Assembly (NCBI GenBank): GCA_023205875.1
Contig: CP060761.1
Coordinates: 62,001-126,000 of the forward strand
DNA from: Chloropicon primus
Taxonomy: Eukaryota
DNA: 64,000 bases
Reading direction: 5' to 3'
The position numbers and the translations under genes are program-made. Position 1 is the first letter of the stretch. The number at the start of each line of letters is the position of its first letter. The notes beneath the pieces were generated by a model. The model was not told where the DNA came from. It made no database searches and worked only from the letters and a program-made list of their open reading frames with translations. Positions 57,811 to 64,000 of this stretch are shown piece by piece.

Positions 57811-59819
57811 TTACCACAAGCCGAGGACCTTCCACCACGCTCCGCCGATGCCGAGCCAGACGAAGAGGTAGTAGACGGAGAGGATGCCTCCAAGGGTGTA
57901 CCACTTGTTGAGCGGGACGTAGCCGGTTCCAAAGATCGGAGGGGCGGATCCAATTCCGTAGGTGGTGAAGCAGCCCATGATGTTGGAGAGCATTCCAAGG
58001 CAGAGGGCGGCCATCAGCGGTGGGGCCCCGCAGGCCACGGCGACGCTCAAGAAAGCGGTGTACATGGCACCGATGTGGGCCGCACCGCTCGCAAAGAGGT
58101 AGTGCGAGTAGTAGTAGAGCAGCACGATGATCAGGAAGGCTGGCTGCCAGGCGAGTCCCCAGCCCCCGACAACGCTGACGACCTGCTGGGAGAACCAAGG
58201 GATCAGTCCGAACTTGTTCAGGCACCCCGCCATGGAGATCAGGGCGGCGAACCAGGTGAAGGTATTCCAGGCCCCGTTCTCGTTCAAGCACTCCTTCCAG
58301 CTGATGACCCCGGTCACCAAGAGGATGGTGAGCCCGGAGAGCGCAGCGGCAACGGCGTTGATTCCGTAGTTGGCACCAAAGACCCACATGGCCACCGTGG
58401 AAAGCAGGGAGACGGCCATGATTTTCTCGTCCCCGCTCATGGGTCCGAGCTTGGCGAGCTCCTCCTTGGCCTTGGCTGGGGCCTCGGGGCTGTCCTTGAC
58501 CTCAGGCGGGTAGATGACGTAAAGAATCAGGGGCATGGTGATCAGGCACACGAGGCCAGGCACGAAGGCGGCCACGGCCCACTGGGTCCATGAGATCGTC
58601 TCCCCGATGGCGGCCGCCGCGAGGTTGACGGACAGCGGGTTCGCGGCCATAGCCGTGATGAACATGGCAGAAGAGATGCAAGTGCCCTGGAAGAAAGTTT
58701 TCATCAGGTAAGATCCCATCCTGCTCTCGGTGCCGTTCTCGGGGTCGCTTCCGCAAGCAACGCAGAGGGCCTTGGCCAGAGGAAGGAAGATTCCTCCGGC
58801 ACGGGCGGCCAAAGACGGAATCGCCGGGGCGAGCAAGGCCTCGCTGAAGACCAGGCTGTACGTCAAGCCCAAGGTGGTCTTGCCGAAGATGGACACGACG
58901 TAGTAGGCAATCCTCGTTCCGAGGCCGGTCTTGATGAAGCCCTTGGCCAAGAAGAAAGCAATGGCGATGAGCCAAGGAATCTGGTTGGAGAAGGCGGCAA
59001 AGGCCTGGGCGAAAGTGAGGGTCTTGGTCATCATGGAGGCGCAGAGGCCAATCATGGCGACAGCTCCCAGGGGGAGCGGGGCCGTGATGATTCCGATGAT
59101 GGTGCCCACGAACACGGCGAGCAGGTGCCATGCCTGCGTGGTGATCCCGGCGGGGTGGGGGCAAAAGTAGATCGCGGCGCCGACGGCAACGGCAAGCCCC
59201 AAGTTCTTCAGGTCCGCGCCCTTCCACTCGGAGGGGGCAGCCGCGGCAGCGTTCACGACAGCAGGCGTAGCCTTCCTTCCCGTGGCGCAGGTCACAACCT
59301 GGGACCTGCCAAAGAAAAAAAGAAACGAAGAAGAGAGAGAGAGAAAGGGGCGAGGCATGGAGAGCGTCCTCGTCGAATCAGTCCGTCCGTCCCTCGGCAA
59401 GGATCAATGCACGGGCAGGCATCATCATCCGAAACAACCCCCATCAAAAAGGAGAGGAGGATTAAAAAGGAGAGGATTGCAAAAAAAGAAAAGAAAAGGT
59501 CCCACACGACGACGCGCGAAAGAGCAAAGTCCGGAAAGAAAGGCATGCCGTGTTTCGTCTCCCTACGCCCTTCCCACCGAAGCGTGAACCGAGAACCCGT
59601 CCCCTCCTCCTTGAAAACTTACCACCTCTTGGTCTCCTCCCCCTCCTCCTTGCGGGTCACGCGTTGTGCCCAAGGCCTCCTCGCCTCGGTGGCGACCTTC
59701 CTGAGCGTCCTCCCGGTCGTCCTGAAAACGCCTGTCGCCCTTCCGAGTCCCGCATTCGCCTTGACGGTCCTCCCATCGCGTTGCTTGACGTTGCGTTTGG
59801 TCATGTGGTTCGCCGCCAT
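57811..59819 (-). CDS. DIT1: Plastid 2-oxoglutarate/malate translocator (DASS family); exons 59819-59623 and 59305-57811
   Basis: Motifs AWHLLAVFVGTIIGII..PLPLGAVA, GFIKTGLGTRIAY, PAIPSLAARAGGIFLP, SSAMFITAMAANPL, HYLFASGAAHIGAM and C-terminal GGAWWKVLGLW. Exon 1 encodes an Arg-rich transit peptide; the intron is phase-2 GTAAG..CAG. Confidence 0.93.
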
Positions 59820-60001
59820 GTTGGCTCTCCTTCTCCTCCTCACAATTGGTTCGCGCGTTCGAAAATCTCCAATTTCGCGGATCTTCGCCAGGAGCAAAAA
59901 AAAAAAGAAGGGTTTTTTAAGGAGAGGGAGGAGATCTTGGGGCTCATTGGGGAGAGGATGAGGATAAGGAGCCAAGGGACACAATCCATCTTGGTGACGG
60001 A

Positions 60002-60285
60002 CATCATCATCATCATCAAGGAGGTCAGGACGGTGAATGGTGATGGTGGGATGGCAATGGCAATGGTAATGGCAATGGTCGCACACACGCACAGGGGGCA
60101 GGGGGGCAGCGAGGAGGGACACCATTAATCTTGGTTGGTGAAGGGACCAGGGCATCATCATCATCATCATCATCAAGGAGGTCAGGACGGTGAATGGTGA
60201 TGGTGGGATGGCAATGGCAATGGTAATGGTAATGGTCGCACACACGCACACACAGGGGCAGGGGCGGGCAGCGAGGAGGGACACC
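60002..60285. repeat. Intergenic direct duplication (~125-bp unit, two copies) with (CAT)n and (ATGGCA)n elements
   Basis: catcatcatcaaggaggtcaggacggtgaatggtgatggtgggatggcaatggcaatggtaatgg..gcacacacgcaca..ggcagcgaggagggacacc appears at ~60002 and ~60160, with a degenerate third fragment at ~60330-60375. Confidence 0.8.
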
Positions 60286-60484
60286 CTCAATCTTTTTTTT
60301 TTTTTTCCCAAGGTGGAGGTGAGGGAGGGCCAGGACGGTGAATGCTCAATATAATGGTAAATGGTGGGATGGTAATCGGGATGCGTGAGCTCTCTCTCTC
60401 TCTCCTTTGCGTGGATGGAGCAGGTCCAAATGAAATGAAATCGGAAAAATGGTCTAGACAACAAAAAAGTTTTTTTTTTGTGAC

Positions 60485-60519
60485 AACTTTGAACTTTGAA
60501 CTTTGAACTTTGAACTTTG
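60485..60519. repeat. (AACTTTG)x5 heptamer minisatellite
   Basis: aactttgaactttgaactttgaactttgaactttg, just downstream of the TRF-like gene stop. Confidence 0.85.
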
Positions 60520-60540
60520 TTTTTGTCTTGCGCGCGTCTT

Positions 60541-61704
60541 CTACTCGTAGGCCTCCTCGGCCTCCTTAAGCTTCATGTACTGCATGTGCAAGTTCCTGAA
60601 CTTGTCCTTGAGGTCCACGCCCGTTCGGCCCTTAAAGTAGCCCGCAGCCTTGCCTTGCGCCAAGATCTTTTCCCACTTTTTCCCCTTCTGGTTCACGGCC
60701 TCGACGAGGTACTCCGCCTCCACGGGGTTCCAGCGATTCGTCGGCCGCCTCTTCGTCTTGGTTTCGGGGGTGACCCTCGACGCGGTGGGGGACTGCGGCG
60801 ACGACTTGAGCCGGCCCGCGGTCTCCCCCTCGTCCCTGTTGTCCCACTCCACCGTCCTCGCATTCTGCTGCTTCGCGATCAGCTTCTTCGGTTTGGCGAG
60901 GCTGGCCATGGCGAGGCTGGCCTCGAGGGGGTCCAGACCCCCCTTGGCCCGCATCGTGTCTCTGGACTCCTGCAGGGACTTGATGGCGGCCTGGTCCTCG
61001 CCCGTGACTTTGACGTCCTCTTCCTCCGAGCTCTCGATGGCGATTCGCTTTCGCCTCTTCCCGCTCCTCGTCTGCTTCCCCGCGACCCCCTTGGCGGCGC
61101 GACGCTGCGGCGGGGGCGCTCTGGTCTCCTCCTCCTTCCACGCCTCCTCCTCCTCCGCGGGGGCCCTCGTCGCGTCGGCGTCCGACCGAGCCTCGTCCCT
61201 CCGCTTGATCAGAATTTCAATCAAGGACGGCCCCAAGTGCTTCTCGGCCTTGGCGACGTACGCCTCCACCGCCTTGAGCGTGCCTGGCAAGTCCCCGGAC
61301 TTCACATACATTAAAGTCGCAGTAGGGACTTTCAAGCCCTTCCTCGCCTTCTCGCCCCCGTGGTACTCTCCGTCCCTCCCAGTCTCTGAGGACAAGTTCT
61401 GCATGCCCTCGAGCAAGTTTTTCGCGGTTGCAATCTCGGCAGCGGCGTCCTCCCCGGTGTTGTCCCCCCTCCTCGCCAGACTCTTCGCGAGGTCGTGGGC
61501 CCACGCCCTCAGTTGCCTGAGAGTGAACCTCGCCAACACGGACGCAGGATAGTCATCGTCGTCCACGTCCAGAAGGAACTCCGCCAAGAGGGAATCGGGC
61601 ACACTCGCCACGTGCTGTTTGCACAGCCAATCCACCACATGCCAGAACTGCTCCCCCTTCTCCACCAAACCACCATCAGCGCCTCCCTCCCTCGGTCCTC
61701 CCAT
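60541..61704 (-). CDS. TRF-like (telobox) Myb/SANT telomeric-repeat-binding protein
   Basis: C-terminal single Myb repeat RWNPVEAEYLVEAVNQKGKKWEKIL..FKGRTGVDLKDKFRNL carries the telobox signature LKDK(W/F)RN. First ATG at 61704. Confidence 0.8.
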   Translation of the reverse strand: MGGPREGGADGGLVEKGEQFWHVVDWLCKQHVASVPDSLLAEFLLDVDDDDYPASVLARFTLRQLRAWAHDLAKSLARRGDNTGEDAAAEIATAKNLLEGMQNLSSETGRDGEYHGGEKARKGLKVPTATLMYVKSGDLPGTLKAVEAYVAKAEKHLGPSLIEILIKRRDEARSDADATRAPAEEEEAWKEEETRAPPPQRRAAKGVAGKQTRSGKRRKRIAIESSEEEDVKVTGEDQAAIKSLQESRDTMRAKGGLDPLEASLAMASLAKPKKLIAKQQNARTVEWDNRDEGETAGRLKSSPQSPTASRVTPETKTKRRPTNRWNPVEAEYLVEAVNQKGKKWEKILAQGKAAGYFKGRTGVDLKDKFRNLHMQYMKLKEAEEAYE

Positions 61705-62148
61705 CGCCAAACAGTCCCTCCGTCAAAACTCTCTCTTTCTCTCAAGAGGGGGTGAGCTCCAAATCAAGCTTACCGCGCGTCGTCCTGGGTCGAGTCGAGC
61801 GCGAAGACGAAGCAAGAAAAAACCTGTTTCAGTCCTCCAAAATCCTCGCCCCAAGCATCGCTGGCGTCTCTCTCGTCCAACACTCACTTACCTGCGTCCA
61901 TCATCATCCAAAGCGAAGTTGGGCAAACAAACAAACAATCTCAGCGTTTCAGTCTCCCCCCAAATCCTCACCACTGGTCCAAACTCCACAACCGAGGACT
62001 CTTTCGAAAGAGAAAACGGAGACGCTTCCACCGATACCTCCCTCCCCCGTCCCCGTCCCCATCCCAAGCACCTCTCTCGTCCAACACCTTACCTTGTCTC
62101 GGGCGCGACCCTCCCCTCGCGTTTGGGTTTGGGAAAAGCTTTCCCGCC

Positions 62149-62184
62149 TTTAGGGTTTTTGAACGTTTTAGTTTTAGGGTTTAG
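62149..62184 (+). promoter_or_regulatory. Telo-box motifs (TTTAGGG twice) in the divergent promoter of the TRF-like and PPR genes
   Basis: tttagggttttt at 62149 and tttagggtttag at 62173. Confidence 0.55.
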
Positions 62185-62462
62185 ACATTTCCATACGGGA
62201 AACTCAAAAAACTGGATAAGAAAAGCGGAAACGTGGGGTGGAGAACGGGGGACACGGGGGAGGGGCGAGGAAGGGAGTGTTTGGGAGGAGCGGGGACGCG
62301 GAGGGGAAGAGGGAAGGGGTAGAGACCGGGGCAGGACGAAAGTACGCGAAGAGGGCTTTCGTTTGAGGCCTTGGTGGAAGGATTTGACCTCGGATTGGCC
62401 TGGTTCCGTTGGGCAGAGGGAGGCAGAGGCAAGACGTCTTGAGGCCTCGAGGCGGGAAGGTG

Positions 62463-64000
62463 ATGAGGGCAGGGAGGGTGCGAGGGTCGAGTGGGGTGGG
62501 GAGGACGGCGCAGCAGGGAAGGGTCGTCAAGGCGCCCGGAAGCAAGGTCGGGAGGGCGACGGCGGCGGGGGGGCTGGGGGAGAGGAGGGGGAGGGAGGTT
62601 CTTTCCGGCCGAGGCAGGGACGTTGCCGTGAGGGCGGGCTCGCCCAGGAGGAGCGGCGGCGGCGGCGGTCGGAAGGGGAAGAAAGGGCACCACCACCACC
62701 ACCACCAGAACACGCCCCAGGTGGAGGAGCTCCTGGCGCTGACGAGGAAGAACAAGCTCTCGGACTTCGTGCGAGCCCTGTCGCGGTACTCCAAGGAGGA
62801 GAGGAAGTCGGTCTTCGAGAGCAAGTTCCTTCGCAGGACGTTCCTGGACTACTGCAAGAAGAACGGCTCGGCGAAGGAGGCGTACGCCTTTTTGATAGAG
62901 GCGGACAAGGTGGACGCGAACCTGGTCACGAGCAGCCAGCTGGCTCACCAGGAGAATTCCCGCGGGAACCTTATCTACTACGACACGAGGATGGCCTCCA
63001 GGGTGATAGGCGTGTGCGCGAGGGGAGGGGACAGCGCCCTCGCCCAGAAAGCCATGAACTACCTCTCCGTGGACAAGGGACTGCAGCTCGACGTTTACAT
63101 GTACACGGGCGCGATCAACGCCTGCGCCAAGAAGGGGGAGGTGCAGAAGGCCTGCAAGCTCTTCAGGCAGTCGGAGGTCGAGGACGGGCTCCAGCCCGAC
63201 GTCTTCATGTACTGCGCCCTGCTCAAGGTGTTCAGGCAAGGCATCAGCAACTGCAGCGGCTCGGACGAGGGGGAGGGGGAGGGGGAGCAGGGGAGCGGCC
63301 AGAACAGGCCTCTCTTTGGCGGCGGGGACAGGCCGCCCCTCGCGGGTTCTGACGAGGCCTCGTCCTCCGTGCCCCGCACCAAGCAGGGCCTGCTGGAGCA
63401 GGCTCTCGAGTACATCGATCACATGCAGGAAGAAGGCATCGTCGGTGACGTGGTGCTGTACAATTGTCTGATCAGCACGTGCGGGAGGGCCCTCAACCTG
63501 GAGAAGGCGGAGTCGTACTTTTGGGAGATGCAGTCCCTCGGCGTGGAGCCGAACTCGAAGACGTACTCCATCTTGATCCACGCCTGCCTGTCCGCCAAGG
63601 AGGGGGAGAAGGCCCTTCAGTACTTTAGGGATGCCAGGGAGCAGAGCGGCGTCATTAACGCCCACTTGTGCGCGCAGGCGGTGCAGGCCCACGCCATGCT
63701 GAACACCACCAAGACCGACCCGGGGGAGACGCTCGAGGGGGCCTTGAAGCTCTACAGGGAGCTGGAGATTGAGGGGGTTCAGATCGACGGGGTGGCCTCG
63801 GCATCCCTGATCTCCCTGGCCAGCGACCTGGGCTACCATGACAGGGCTCTGGAGATTTTGAACGCCATCTCCCACTCGGCGGGGGCGAGCGAGAGGCCGC
63901 CGCCGGAGCCCTTTGCGGTCGCCGCCGACATGTGCGCCAAGCAGAATGACATCGAGGGGGCGAAAGGAATCCTCAGGCAGATCAAGGACAACGAGAACTT
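62463..64000 (+). CDS. Pentatricopeptide repeat (PPR) protein, probably plastid-targeted, possibly MRL1-like; truncated by the window end (missing from the ORF track)
   Basis: Open frame from ATG 62463 with an Arg/Gly-rich leader. PPR motifs: DVYMYTGAINACAKKGEVQKACKLF, PDVFMYCALLKVF, DVVLYNCLISTCGRALNLEKAESYFWEMQSLGVEPNSKTYSILIHAC. FLDYCKKNGSAKEAYAF resembles the MRL1 pre-PPR segment. Confidence 0.85.
   Translation, partial: MRAGRVRGSSGVGRTAQQGRVVKAPGSKVGRATAAGGLGERRGREVLSGRGRDVAVRAGSPRRSGGGGGRKGKKGHHHHHHQNTPQVEELLALTRKNKLSDFVRALSRYSKEERKSVFESKFLRRTFLDYCKKNGSAKEAYAFLIEADKVDANLVTSSQLAHQENSRGNLIYYDTRMASRVIGVCARGGDSALAQKAMNYLSVDKGLQLDVYMYTGAINACAKKGEVQKACKLFRQSEVEDGLQPDVFMYCALLKVFRQGISNCSGSDEGEGEGEQGSGQNRPLFGGGDRPPLAGSDEASSSVPRTKQGLLEQALEYIDHMQEEGIVGDVVLYNCLISTCGRALNLEKAESYFWEMQSLGVEPNSKTYSILIHACLSAKEGEKALQYFRDAREQSGVINAHLCAQAVQAHAMLNTTKTDPGETLEGALKLYRELEIEGVQIDGVASASLISLASDLGYHDRALEILNAISHSAGASERPPPEPFAVAADMCAKQNDIEGAKGILRQIKDNEN

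Noticed and set aside
61619..63352. 577-aa + strand ORF from the track
   Set aside because: Wrong frame. The PPR gene uses another frame from 62463 and is missing from the track because it has no stop inside the window.

Overview
This is a gene-dense, GC-rich eukaryotic nuclear region with few, short GT-AG introns. Several signs point to a compact-genome green alga: a plastid DiT1, a PPR protein, TTTAGGG telomere-type motifs and TGTAA poly(A) signals. A Chloropicon-like picoplanktonic chlorophyte is plausible but is inference only. Recognisable conserved genes are MED8, an LRRCC1/VFL1-like basal-body gene, RER1, ATG16, a RUN-PX-Rubicon-homology protein, a JmjC protein, AAR2, DiT1, a TRF-like Myb protein and a PPR gene that runs off the window. 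Between them lie three unusual surface or secreted protein loci. (1) A 2.15-kaa secreted LamG/filamin/DUF2341/Kelch mosaic. (2) An intronless 24.8-kb, 8274-aa type-I membrane protein with roughly 120 thrombospondin-1-like repeats, recurring RRxLL protease-site inserts, and a tail with three NPxF/Y motifs and WH2-like motifs. (3) A tandemly duplicated secreted protein made of 23-24-aa RGD-bearing, curlin-like repeats with an acidic body and basic cap, each copy preceded by a 30-bp perfect inverted repeat. All family assignments come from motif recognition by eye, not database searches.
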